A stretch of 64,000 bases of DNA, from contig CAWCVB010000002.1 of assembly GCA_963798915.1 (NCBI GenBank), positions 640,001 through 704,000 of the forward strand, written 5' to 3'. Below, one piece after another: positions 37,239-46,202 of the stretch; within the stretch, counting starts at the first letter, position 1; every line of letters starts with the position of its first letter. The notes below the pieces were generated by a model that did not search any database, was not told the DNA's origin, and was given only the letters and a program-made list of their open reading frames with translations. This DNA is from an uncultured Gemmatimonadales bacterium (GTDB taxonomy: Bacteria > Gemmatimonadota > Gemmatimonadetes > Gemmatimonadales > GWC2-71-9). Position numbers and translations under genes: made by a program.

Positions 37239-38465
37239 ATGCAGAAACGCCCGATTGTCGCCCTCGCCTTCTCCGGCGGCCTGGATACCTCCTACTGCGT
37301 CCCTGTTCTCGCCGAGGCGGGCTACGACGTCCACACCGTCTTCGTCAACACGGGCGGCGCCTCCGCCGCCGACCGGGAGGCCATTGACCGCCAGGCCCGC
37401 GCGGTCGGCGCGGTCCAGCACCATGAAGTCGATGCCCGCGAAGCGGTGTTCGATCGCTTTGTCCGTTTTCTGATCCAGGGCAACGTGCTCCGCGGTGAGG
37501 TCTACCCGCTGTCCGTTGCCGCCGAGCGCACCCAGCAGGCCATGTCCGTCATCGGCATCGCGCGCGCCGTCGGCGCACGGGCGGTGGCGCATGGTTCCAC
37601 CGGCGCCGGCAACGACCAGATCCGCTTTGACATCGCCCTTCGGGTGCTGGCTCCGGAACTCGCCATCATCACGCCCATTCGCGAGCAGGCGGTCAGGCGT
37701 GAGGAATCCATCGCCTATCTCGAGGTGCGGGGCCTTCCGGTGCCGGCCCGGGCATCAGCGTACTCCATCAATCGCGGGCTCTGGGGCACCACCTGGGGCG
37801 GCGGCTGGACCCACGACACCTGGGCTGGCCCGCCGCCCGAATTGATCGAGCCACCTGCCGACGCGCCAGCACCGACCGAACTGGAGTTGGGCTGGGACCG
37901 GGGACTACCGGTGACGCTCGATGGAGCCAACCTGGCGGGGGCCGAACTGGTCGACCGTCTGGGTGCCATCGCCGAGTCGTACGGCATCGGCCGCTCGATT
38001 CACGTCGGCGAAACCGCGCTTGGCATCAAGGGTCGGATCGGATTCGAGGCGGGTGCCGCGCTGCTGCTGATCGGGGCGCACCGCGAGCTGGAGAAGCTGG
38101 TGCTCACTCGCTGGCAGGCGTTCTGGAAGGATCAGCTGGGCCGTTTCTATGGTGACCGGCTGCACGAGGGGCAGTACTTCGATCCGGCGCTGCGCGACAT
38201 CGAGGCGATGGTCACCAGCTCACAGCAGCGCGTCAGCGGCGAGACCCGAGTGCGCCTTTGGCCCGGCCGGTTTCAGGTGGTCGGTACCCGCAGTCCGTAC
38301 TCCATGATGGACCCGGGCGTCGCGACGTACGGCGAGGAGAACCGGCTCTGGACCGGTGAGGAAGCCCGCGACTTTGCGCGGGTATCGGCCATTCCGTCCT
38401 TGCTGGCCGTGCGTGCGGCCGAGCACAGCAAGGCGGCTGGGGCGGAGGCGACATCATGGTCGTGA
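37239..38465 (+). CDS. argG: Argininosuccinate synthase
   Basis: ALAFSGGLDTS, AHGSTGAGNDQIRF, GIKGRIGFE. Confidence 0.95.
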   Translation: MQKRPIVALAFSGGLDTSYCVPVLAEAGYDVHTVFVNTGGASAADREAIDRQARAVGAVQHHEVDAREAVFDRFVRFLIQGNVLRGEVYPLSVAAERTQQAMSVIGIARAVGARAVAHGSTGAGNDQIRFDIALRVLAPELAIITPIREQAVRREESIAYLEVRGLPVPARASAYSINRGLWGTTWGGGWTHDTWAGPPPELIEPPADAPAPTELELGWDRGLPVTLDGANLAGAELVDRLGAIAESYGIGRSIHVGETALGIKGRIGFEAGAALLLIGAHRELEKLVLTRWQAFWKDQLGRFYGDRLHEGQYFDPALRDIEAMVTSSQQRVSGETRVRLWPGRFQVVGTRSPYSMMDPGVATYGEENRLWTGEEARDFARVSAIPSLLAVRAAEHSKAAGAEATSWS

Positions 38466-39547
38466 CCACGCGCGTCCGGCTGGATCGAATCGCGTCCAGC
38501 ACCCGCAATGCCCAGCTGGCTTCCGAAGTGATTATCGGGAACGAAATCGTGGCGCAGGAAGGCTACGTGCTGGCGGTGCGCATCCTGGCCGACAAGGCCA
38601 GCTACAACACGCTCGAAGACCTGAGCGGGCGCATGGTCTCGCTGCGCGGGGGAGACGTCATCGCGGGTGTGCTGGGTGCGCGCCGGGCACTGCGCGGGTA
38701 CGCCGGCGAGGTGCCCCGGCACGTCGCTGCGGGCGACACCATCCAGGTGCTCAATCTCGGCGGCATCCTGGGGCGCTGCACCTCGGAAAATCCCGACATA
38801 GGTCCGCCCTTCGATGCCGAGGTGCTGGGCGCCGTGCTGACCTTTCCGGCGTTGGGTGACCGGGTGGGCCGGCCGGCCCACATCCGCGACCGCGCGGTTC
38901 CGCCGGCCGATCGCCTGGAGAGCAGGGTGCCGGTCGTCTACGTCGCGGGCACCTGCATGAACGCCGGGAAGACGGTCGCTGCAACCGAGCTCGTGCGCGG
39001 GCTCGCGCGGGGCGGGCTCAAGGTGGCAGCCGCCAAGCTGACCGGAGTCTCGCTGATGCGCGACGCGCTGTCGATGCAGGATGCCGGCGCGTTGTCGGCG
39101 CTCACGTTCAACGATGTGGGAATTGCAACCACGCATCCGGGCGTGACGGTGGCCACAGCCAAGGGCGTCTTCAACCGGCTGGCAGCGAGCAAGCCTGATG
39201 TCATCGTTGCCGAGCTGGGCGACGGCATCCTGGGCGAATACGGCGTACAGGATATTCTGGCGGACCCGGAGCTGGCCGCGATCGGCGCCGCCTGGGTCAT
39301 GGCCGCTCCCGACCCGGTCGCCTGCTGGGGTGCTGTGGAACTGATGCGCCGCCAGTTCGGCCTGCCGGTCACGGTGATTACCGGACCGGCCACCGACAAT
39401 GACGTGGGCCGGAGCTACATCCGCGGCTCCCTCGGGTTGCCGGCGCACAACGCCCGTCGTGATGCCGCGGGGCTCCTGGCGGCGGTGCGCGAGAGCCTCG
39501 ACGCGTGGGTTGCGCCGGAGCCGACCACGGCCGGGGCCGAGTCGTGA
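38456..39547 (+). CDS. DUF1611-like P-loop protein in the arg operon; candidate N-acylglutamate synthase
   Basis: VAGTCMNAGKT P-loop, AAAKLTG, VIVAELGDG; overlaps argG by 10 nt and argC by GTGA. The CDS is confident; the function is inferred. Confidence 0.8.
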   Translation: MVVTTRVRLDRIASSTRNAQLASEVIIGNEIVAQEGYVLAVRILADKASYNTLEDLSGRMVSLRGGDVIAGVLGARRALRGYAGEVPRHVAAGDTIQVLNLGGILGRCTSENPDIGPPFDAEVLGAVLTFPALGDRVGRPAHIRDRAVPPADRLESRVPVVYVAGTCMNAGKTVAATELVRGLARGGLKVAAAKLTGVSLMRDALSMQDAGALSALTFNDVGIATTHPGVTVATAKGVFNRLAASKPDVIVAELGDGILGEYGVQDILADPELAAIGAAWVMAAPDPVACWGAVELMRRQFGLPVTVITGPATDNDVGRSYIRGSLGLPAHNARRDAAGLLAAVRESLDAWVAPEPTTAGAES

Positions 39548-40593
39548 CCCAGGCCCTGCGCGTGGCGGTTGTCGGAGCCGCGGGTTATGCAGGAGGCGAG
39601 TTGCTTCGCCTGCTGTTGCAGCATCCCCACGTGGGGGAAGTGCTGGCGACGAGCCGCAGCCAGGCGGGCAAGCCCATTGCCGACGTCCATCCTGGTCTCG
39701 CACCACTCACCGAGGCTCGCTTCTCGGGCTTCTCGCCGGGAGAAGCGGCCGATGGCAGGGACGTGGTCTTCCTCGCCCTGGAGCATGGTGAGTCATCCCG
39801 GCTTGCGAGTGAGGTCTTTGCCGCCGGTCCTGGCCTGGTCATCGACCTCGCCGCGGATTTCCGGATCCAGGAGCCGCGTCTCTACGAGCAGTTCTACGGT
39901 CCGCATGCCGCGCCCGACTATGTGCACCGCTTTGCCTACGGTCTGGCCGACGTCGCCGGCACCGGGCTTCGCGGCGCCGCCGCGATCGCGGCACCGGGTT
40001 GTTTTGCGACTGCCGCACAGCTGGCGCTCTGGCCCATCGCACGGGCCGGACTGGCGTGCGAACCCGCCATGTTCGCCATCACCGGATCCAGCGGCGCCGG
40101 CGTGCATCCGCGTCCGACCACGCATCATCCCGCCCGGGCCAACAACGTGTTTGCCTACGCCGTGTTGTCGCACAGGCACGAGGCCGAAGTGCTGGCAAGC
40201 TGGCGCACCTGGACCGGCCGGAGCGACGCCCACGCACGGCTGATGGTCCACGCGGGACCATTCGTCCGCGGGATCTACCTGACGCTGCATGCCCGACTGT
40301 CCGCTGCCGACGCGTCGCGGCTCGAGGCCGCACTGCCACTCTATCGCGAGGCGTACGCCGGCCGGCCCTTTGTGCGAGTGCTTGACCGGGTTCCCGACCT
40401 CACCCAGGCGGTGGGTACCAATTTCGCCTTTATCCACGCCGCCAGGTCCGCGGATGGCCGGGAGCTTCAGGTCGTGGTCGCCGAAGACAACCTGGTGAAG
40501 GGGGCGGGCGGCCAGGCCATCCAGGCCATGAACCTGGCCCTGGGTCTCGATGAGACTGCCGGACTCGAGTCGGTCGGATTCCATCCATGCTGA
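39544..40593 (+). CDS. argC: N-acyl-gamma-glutamyl-phosphate reductase
   Basis: VVGAAGYAGGEL, DLAADFR, APGCFAT, DNLVKGAGGQAIQAMN. Confidence 0.95.
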   Translation: MTQALRVAVVGAAGYAGGELLRLLLQHPHVGEVLATSRSQAGKPIADVHPGLAPLTEARFSGFSPGEAADGRDVVFLALEHGESSRLASEVFAAGPGLVIDLAADFRIQEPRLYEQFYGPHAAPDYVHRFAYGLADVAGTGLRGAAAIAAPGCFATAAQLALWPIARAGLACEPAMFAITGSSGAGVHPRPTTHHPARANNVFAYAVLSHRHEAEVLASWRTWTGRSDAHARLMVHAGPFVRGIYLTLHARLSAADASRLEAALPLYREAYAGRPFVRVLDRVPDLTQAVGTNFAFIHAARSADGRELQVVVAEDNLVKGAGGQAIQAMNLALGLDETAGLESVGFHPC

Positions 40594-41738
40594 GCACGGC
40601 CGGCGTGGGTGCGTTGCTACCGGTCTATGCCCAGATGCCGGTGAAGCCAGTCACGGGTCGTGGGTCATGGGTCATGGATGAAGATGGCAACCGCTGGCTC
40701 GATGCCTACGGAGGCCACGCGGTGGCGGCCACCGGCCACAGCCATCCGGCAGTGGTGAAGGCGATCAGCGAGCAGGCCGAAGCACTCCTGTTCTACTCCT
40801 CGGTGCTGCCCCATCCGAACCGGGAGCGGCTGGCGGCCGAGCTGGTGCGGCGCATGCCGGCGGGCTTGTCGCATGTGTTCTTCGCCAACTCCGGAGCGGA
40901 AGCCAACGAATCCGCCATGCTGCTGGCGCGGAAAGTGACCGGTCGCTCGCGCATGCTCTCGGTCGCTGGCGGGTGGCACGGTCGTACCATCGCGTGTCTC
41001 TCCGTCACCGACGGCGAGAAGTACGAGGCCGGTGCTCGCGCCGCCGGCATGCCGCTGTCGGTCAAGGTCGGGTTCAACGATGTCAGCGCGCTCGATGAGC
41101 TGATTGACGACTCGGTCGCCGCGGTCATCGTGGAACCAGTGCAGGGAATGAAGGGCGCCCGTGACTGCGCTCCCGAATTTCTGGACGCTGCGCGTCAGTT
41201 GACTGCCGCGCGTGGTTCCCTGCTCATTTTCGACGAGATTCAGTGTGGCGTGGGCCGGACCGGCGCATTCACCGCCGCCGAGTCATTCGGGGTCGTGCCC
41301 GATCTCCTGACCATGGCCAAGGGACTCGGTTCCGGGCTGCCGATCAGTGCGGTCGTGGCGACTGCAGCAATTGCCGGTCAGGTCAAGGTGGGGGACCTGG
41401 GCAGCACCTTCGGTGGCGGGCCGGTGCCCTGCGCCGCCGCCCTCGCCACGCTTCAGGTTATCGATGACGAGGACCTGCTGCTCAACGTGCGCAGGATGGC
41501 ACAGCGGCTTCGCGCTGGCGCATTGCGGGCGGGAGTGCAGGCGGTGCAGGGCCGGGGCCTGCTGCTTGGACTTCGGCTCGATCGGCCGGCGACTGACGTG
41601 CAGCGCGCGCTGTTCCAGCGACGGATTCTGACCGGCACGTCCACCGATCCCGCCGTGCTTCGGCTGATGCCCCCATTGTCATTTTCCGCCGACGAGGCGG
41701 ACCTGCTGATCGCGACGCTGGTCGAGGTCCTCGCATGA
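40587..41738 (+). CDS. argD: N-acylornithine aminotransferase (class III PLP)
   Basis: NSGAEANE, WHGRT, FDEIQCGVGRTG, AKGLGSG, STFGG. Confidence 0.9.
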   Translation: MLSTAGVGALLPVYAQMPVKPVTGRGSWVMDEDGNRWLDAYGGHAVAATGHSHPAVVKAISEQAEALLFYSSVLPHPNRERLAAELVRRMPAGLSHVFFANSGAEANESAMLLARKVTGRSRMLSVAGGWHGRTIACLSVTDGEKYEAGARAAGMPLSVKVGFNDVSALDELIDDSVAAVIVEPVQGMKGARDCAPEFLDAARQLTAARGSLLIFDEIQCGVGRTGAFTAAESFGVVPDLLTMAKGLGSGLPISAVVATAAIAGQVKVGDLGSTFGGGPVPCAAALATLQVIDDEDLLLNVRRMAQRLRAGALRAGVQAVQGRGLLLGLRLDRPATDVQRALFQRRILTGTSTDPAVLRLMPPLSFSADEADLLIATLVEVLA

Positions 41739-42748
41739 GCGGCCGCGACTTCCTGGCGATGGAGGACTGGGGCAGCGAGGGCGTGGAATCCCTTCTCTCG
41801 CTGGCGGCGCGCATCAAGCGCGGGGAGGTGACGGGTGGACTCGAGCGCAAGATCCTGGCCGCCATCTTCATGGACCCGAGCCTGCGCACCCGGTCCAGCT
41901 TCGAGGCCGGCATGTTCCTTCACGGCGGGCACGCGATCATCCTGGAGCCGGGGAAGGGAAGCTGGGCCCTGGAAACGGAACATGGCGTCGTGATGGACGG
42001 TGCCTCGGTCGAGCATGTGATCGAGGCGGCACGGGTGCTCAGCCGTTATGCCGATGCGCTCGCGGTCCGGGCATTTCCGAAGGGCGGGACCTGGCAAGCG
42101 GCGCGCGAGGACCGGGTCATCCGGGACTTCGCACGCCATGCGTCGAAGCCGGTCATCAACATGGAGAGCACGCGCCGCCATCCCTGCCAGGGGCTGGCCG
42201 ACGCCATGACCTTGCGCGAACACCTGGGCACCACCCGGCGGAAGCGGTTCGTCCTCGCCTGGGCGTGGCACCCCAGGGCGCTTCCGACGGCCGTGCCCGC
42301 CAGCGCCGCCATTGCGGCCGCGATGCTGGGAATGGATGTGGTGATTGCCCGGCCCCCGGGCTATCAGCTCGACCCCGATGACATGGCCACCATCGCGCGC
42401 TGCGCCGATGAGGCGGGCGGCAGTGTGACGGAATCGGAGGAGCTCGACGCGGCCCTGGAGGGTGCCGACGCCGTGTACGTCAAGTCATGGGGCGCGCTCT
42501 CCGCATTTGGCCGACCGGAGGCCGAGGCCGTGCTGCGCGAACCGCACCGTGGCTGGCGCATGACCGCCGGCCGCCAGCACCTGAGCCGTGGCGGTGCGGG
42601 TATCGTCATGCACTGCCTGCCGGTGCGTCGGAACGTCGAGATCGATGATGCCGTGCTCGACGGCCCGCACTCGGTGGTCGTGGATGAAGCGGAGAACCGC
42701 CTGCATGTACAGCGGGCGTTGTTGCTCGAGATACTCGCTGAACGCTGA
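41735..42748 (+). CDS. argF: N-acylornithine carbamoyltransferase (ArgF'; predicted succinyl-specific)
   Basis: SLRTR, GSWALE...MDGASVEH, HPCQ, WAWHPRALPTAV, HCLPVRRN (AOTCase/SOTCase signatures). Confidence 0.9.
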   Translation: MSGRDFLAMEDWGSEGVESLLSLAARIKRGEVTGGLERKILAAIFMDPSLRTRSSFEAGMFLHGGHAIILEPGKGSWALETEHGVVMDGASVEHVIEAARVLSRYADALAVRAFPKGGTWQAAREDRVIRDFARHASKPVINMESTRRHPCQGLADAMTLREHLGTTRRKRFVLAWAWHPRALPTAVPASAAIAAAMLGMDVVIARPPGYQLDPDDMATIARCADEAGGSVTESEELDAALEGADAVYVKSWGALSAFGRPEAEAVLREPHRGWRMTAGRQHLSRGGAGIVMHCLPVRRNVEIDDAVLDGPHSVVVDEAENRLHVQRALLLEILAER

Positions 42749-42760
42749 GGCACTATTGTC

Positions 42761-42820
42761 GCACAGCGCACAGCGCACAGGAAGCGCACAGCGCACAGCG
42801 CACAGCGCACAGCGCATAGC
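42761..42820. repeat. GCACAGC heptamer tandem array (8 units) inside the arg operon
   Basis: gcacagc x2, gcacagg, aagc, gcacagc x4, gcatagc. Confidence 0.9.
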
Positions 42821-42823
42821 CTC

Positions 42824-43786
42824 TTGTCACCCAAGGAGCTCACCCTGTCACTGGATCCAACTCAGGGCATTGCCGGCCTCAAGGGCGCGCTGCGCTACGT
42901 ACGCGCCTATCGCGACCAGGTGTTCGTGGTCAAGCTGGGCGGCGACGTGCTGCGGGATGCCGACCTGCTCGACCAGGTCGCCACTCAGCTGGCCTTGCTC
43001 CACTCGCTGAGCATCCGTCTCGTCGTCGTCCATGGCGGCGGGCCCCAGGCGTCGGCGCTGATGCGCCGCCTGGGCCAGGAGCCCGTCATGGTCGGCGGCC
43101 GCCGGGTCACCGACGATGCGGCGCTGGAAGTCGTCAAGATGGTGTACGCCGGGTTGCTGAACACCGATCTCGTTTCCGCGCTGCGCGGGCATCGGGTGCA
43201 GCCGGTCGGCTTGAGCGGAGTGGATGCCGACCTGCTCACCGCCCATCGGCGGCCCCCGGTGGATGTGGTGGACGATGAGGGACGCAGCCGCCTGGTGGAC
43301 TTCGGCCATGTTGGCGACCTGGACCGGGTGGATGTCCGTGTCCTGGTCACGCTCATGGATGCGCGGTTCGTGCCGGTGGTGGCGAGCCTCGCGGGAGACG
43401 ACGACGGCAATGTGTTCAACGTCAACGCCGACACCGTGGCCGAAGCACTCGCCACGGCGCTGCGGGCCCAGAAACTGATCTTCCTGACCGGCGTGCCTGG
43501 TGTGCTTCGGGATCGCAACGATCCTTCCACGCTCGTGACATTCGCCGATCCGGACGACCTGATCGGCCTGATGCAGAGTGGCGCTCTGGCCGGAGGCATG
43601 CGGCCCAAGGTGGAGGCCTGTATCCGCGCCGCCACTGGCGGCGTCGAGCGGACCCACATCGTGGATGGCCGTCAGCCCGACGCGTTGCTGACCGAGGTCT
43701 TCACTGGTGCTGGTTGCGGGACCATGATCGTCGGCAGGAAGGAGAAGGCGACCTACCTTGGCGTTGACCTGGCCGCCCGAGATTGA
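42824..43786 (+). CDS. argB: N-acylglutamate kinase
   Basis: VVKLGG, VVHGGGPQ, GRRVTD, NVNADT, GGMRPKV; start approximate. Confidence 0.93.
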   Translation: MSPKELTLSLDPTQGIAGLKGALRYVRAYRDQVFVVKLGGDVLRDADLLDQVATQLALLHSLSIRLVVVHGGGPQASALMRRLGQEPVMVGGRRVTDDAALEVVKMVYAGLLNTDLVSALRGHRVQPVGLSGVDADLLTAHRRPPVDVVDDEGRSRLVDFGHVGDLDRVDVRVLVTLMDARFVPVVASLAGDDDGNVFNVNADTVAEALATALRAQKLIFLTGVPGVLRDRNDPSTLVTFADPDDLIGLMQSGALAGGMRPKVEACIRAATGGVERTHIVDGRQPDALLTEVFTGAGCGTMIVGRKEKATYLGVDLAARD

Positions 43787-44834
43787 GCTGCTCCGCAGCC
43801 TGGTCGCGACTCCTTCGGTCAGCGGGACCGAGGCGGCGGCAGGCGAGGTCGTGGCGGTGCAGGCCCGCGAGTGGGGACTCGACGCGGTGCGCGATGCGCA
43901 TGGGGTGCGCGTGGAAGTTCGCGGCGGGCTCCCGGGGCCGACCCTGGCCCTGGTGTCGCACCTCGACACCGTGCCTCCGGGCGAGGGGTGGACTCGCGAT
44001 CCCTACCGGGCCACCATCGAGGCCGGGCGGCTGTACGGTCGTGGCGCGGGCGATGCGAAAGGGCCGGTTTCAGCGATGCTCGCTGCCGCCTGGGACGTGG
44101 CGCGCGAGCAGCGCCTGGCCCGCGGGCGCTTGCTGGTCCTGCTGGGCTATGGCGAGGAGACACGGCACACGACCATGCCCGCCGCGGTAGCCGGCGCAGG
44201 CCCCATTGACGCGGCCATCATCGGCGAGCCAACCAATCTGGACTTTGCGGTGGCCCAGCGCGGCCTCATGATGGTGGACCTTGTGGCTGCGGGCGATCAG
44301 CGGCATGCGGGGTACGCCGCGGCTGATGGCGAGTTCACCAACGCGGCGCTGGTGCTGGCGGCCGACCTGCTCCGGCTGGGCCAGCTCTTCCATGAACGGG
44401 CGCACCCGATGCTCGGTTTTCCTACCATCACTCCAACCATGCTCGAAGCCGGGGTAAGCCGGAACGTGACTCCGCCATCCGCTCGAGCCGTGCTCGACAT
44501 CAGGAGTACGCCGACATGGCCTCACGCTGAAATCGCCGAGCGTCTTCGGCGCGAGCTTCGGTCGGAGGTGGCCGTCACCTCGGACCGGCTGGTTCCCTGC
44601 GAGACGCCGGAGAGTTCGCGACTGCTTGGCGTGATGCGACAGGCCCGCGCGGCCTCCCGCTCGTACGGCAGCCCGACCTGCTCGGACTGGGTATTCCTGC
44701 GCGATCACGACACCGTGAAGTGCGGGCCCGGCACCAGCCGTCGCTCGCATACGCCCGACGAATTCATTGACCTGCATGAGGTGAGTGCCGCGCGAGACCT
44801 CTACGCACGGGTCGCGGAGAGTTACCTCCAGTGA
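43758..44834 (+). CDS. argE: M20 deacylase, ArgE-like (N-acylcitrulline/ornithine deacylase)
   Basis: SHLDTV, GRGAGDAKG, GEE, GEPT, YGSPTCSD, GPGTSRRSHTPDE. Confidence 0.85.
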   Translation: MALTWPPEIELLRSLVATPSVSGTEAAAGEVVAVQAREWGLDAVRDAHGVRVEVRGGLPGPTLALVSHLDTVPPGEGWTRDPYRATIEAGRLYGRGAGDAKGPVSAMLAAAWDVAREQRLARGRLLVLLGYGEETRHTTMPAAVAGAGPIDAAIIGEPTNLDFAVAQRGLMMVDLVAAGDQRHAGYAAADGEFTNAALVLAADLLRLGQLFHERAHPMLGFPTITPTMLEAGVSRNVTPPSARAVLDIRSTPTWPHAEIAERLRRELRSEVAVTSDRLVPCETPESSRLLGVMRQARAASRSYGSPTCSDWVFLRDHDTVKCGPGTSRRSHTPDEFIDLHEVSAARDLYARVAESYLQ

Positions 44835-46198
44835 GACGCCCGGAAATGCTCTGGTCTCCCGGGGCCGAACCCAATGTGCAGATGCTGGCGTACACAGTGG
44901 GCGATGATCCGGTGTGGGATGCGGCGCTGCTCCGCTGGGACGTGCTGGGCAGTCTGGGGCACGTGGCTGGGCTCAAGGCATCGTCGCTGCTGAGCGAACG
45001 GGAGTATCGCAGTCTTCGCGCCGGACTCCGCGCGGCGCTCAAGGCGGTGGATGCCGGCCGCCTGACCATTGGCCGGAACCATGAGGACGCCCACTCTGCC
45101 GTCGAGGCGTGGCTGACTGGCCGCAGCAGGGTGGCGGGCGAGCGGTTGCATACCGGACGTTCGCGCAACGACCAGATCGCCGTGGACCTGCGGCTGTTCC
45201 TGAAGCACACCCTGCTCGAGATTCATGCCTCGGCGAGCTCCTTGGCCATGGCGCTGGTGCGGTTCGGCGTTGGCCATCGCGCCGTCCTGTGGCCGGGCTA
45301 CACCCATCAGCGCCGGGCAATGCCGTCCTCGGCGGCGCTCTGGGCCGGCGCACTCGCCGAAGGTCTGCTCGACACCCTGGAAGACCTGCCGACCCTCTGG
45401 CGGCGGGTGGACCGCTCGCCGCTGGGCAGCGCCGCTGGTTACGGCGTGCCGCTTCCGCTCAAGCGCGAGGCGGCAGCGCGGGCCCTCGGCTTCGCCGGGC
45501 TGGACCGGAACGTGGCCAGTGTGCAGAACAGCCGGGGCAAGCTCGAGGCCTCGGTGCTGGCCTGGTGTGGCCAGCTGGGTCACGACCTGTCCAAGCTGGC
45601 GAGCGACGTCATGCTCTTCACAGCGGAGGAATTTGGCTACCTCATCCTGCCGCCGGCCCTGGCCACCGGTTCCAGCATCATGCCCCATAAGCGGAACCCG
45701 GATCTCTTCGAATTGACCCGCGGGCGGGCGGCCGCGTTGGACGGCGATCTGGTCACCATGCTGCTGCTCAAGGGCAAGCTCGGCACGGGCTATCACCGCG
45801 ACTTTCAGTTGCTCAAGGAGCCGCTCTTCCGGGGATTGCACCGCACCCAGGAGATGCTGGCCATGATGACCACCGCCGTGCCGATGCTGAAGGTGGACCC
45901 GGAGCGCTGTCGCGCTGCGCTGGCTGGCGGTGCACTCGCCACGGACGAAGTGATGCGGCGGGTCGAAGCGGGCGTTCCCTTCCGCCGGGCCTACCGCGAG
46001 GTGGCCGCTGCCATCCGTCGGGGCGAAGCATTCGAGGCGCCGAGCCCGCGGCAGATCGTCGCGCGCCGGCGCTCAACCGGCGGCCTCGGCAATGTGGGGC
46101 TGGCCGAGGCGGCGGCCCGGATCCGCGCGGCGGAACGCTGGCAGCGTGCCGAGCGAAGGCGATTCATGACGGCGATGCGCCGTCTGGCTGGGAGCTGA
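44831..46198 (+). CDS. argH: Argininosuccinate lyase
   Basis: LHTGRSRNDQ, PGYTHQRRA, TGSSIMPHKRNPD. Confidence 0.95.
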   Translation: MRRPEMLWSPGAEPNVQMLAYTVGDDPVWDAALLRWDVLGSLGHVAGLKASSLLSEREYRSLRAGLRAALKAVDAGRLTIGRNHEDAHSAVEAWLTGRSRVAGERLHTGRSRNDQIAVDLRLFLKHTLLEIHASASSLAMALVRFGVGHRAVLWPGYTHQRRAMPSSAALWAGALAEGLLDTLEDLPTLWRRVDRSPLGSAAGYGVPLPLKREAAARALGFAGLDRNVASVQNSRGKLEASVLAWCGQLGHDLSKLASDVMLFTAEEFGYLILPPALATGSSIMPHKRNPDLFELTRGRAAALDGDLVTMLLLKGKLGTGYHRDFQLLKEPLFRGLHRTQEMLAMMTTAVPMLKVDPERCRAALAGGALATDEVMRRVEAGVPFRRAYREVAAAIRRGEAFEAPSPRQIVARRRSTGGLGNVGLAEAAARIRAAERWQRAERRRFMTAMRRLAGS

Positions 46199-46202
46199 GA
46201 CG

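Noticed and set aside
39544..40593. LysW-carrier pathway suggested by LysY-like motifs in ArgC
   Set aside because: No lysW (EDWGE peptide) or lysX/argX ATP-grasp ligase in the window; ArgF' implies small-acyl protection
42761..42820. Heptamer arrays as CRISPR
   Set aside because: 7-nt tandem units, no spacers, no cas genes
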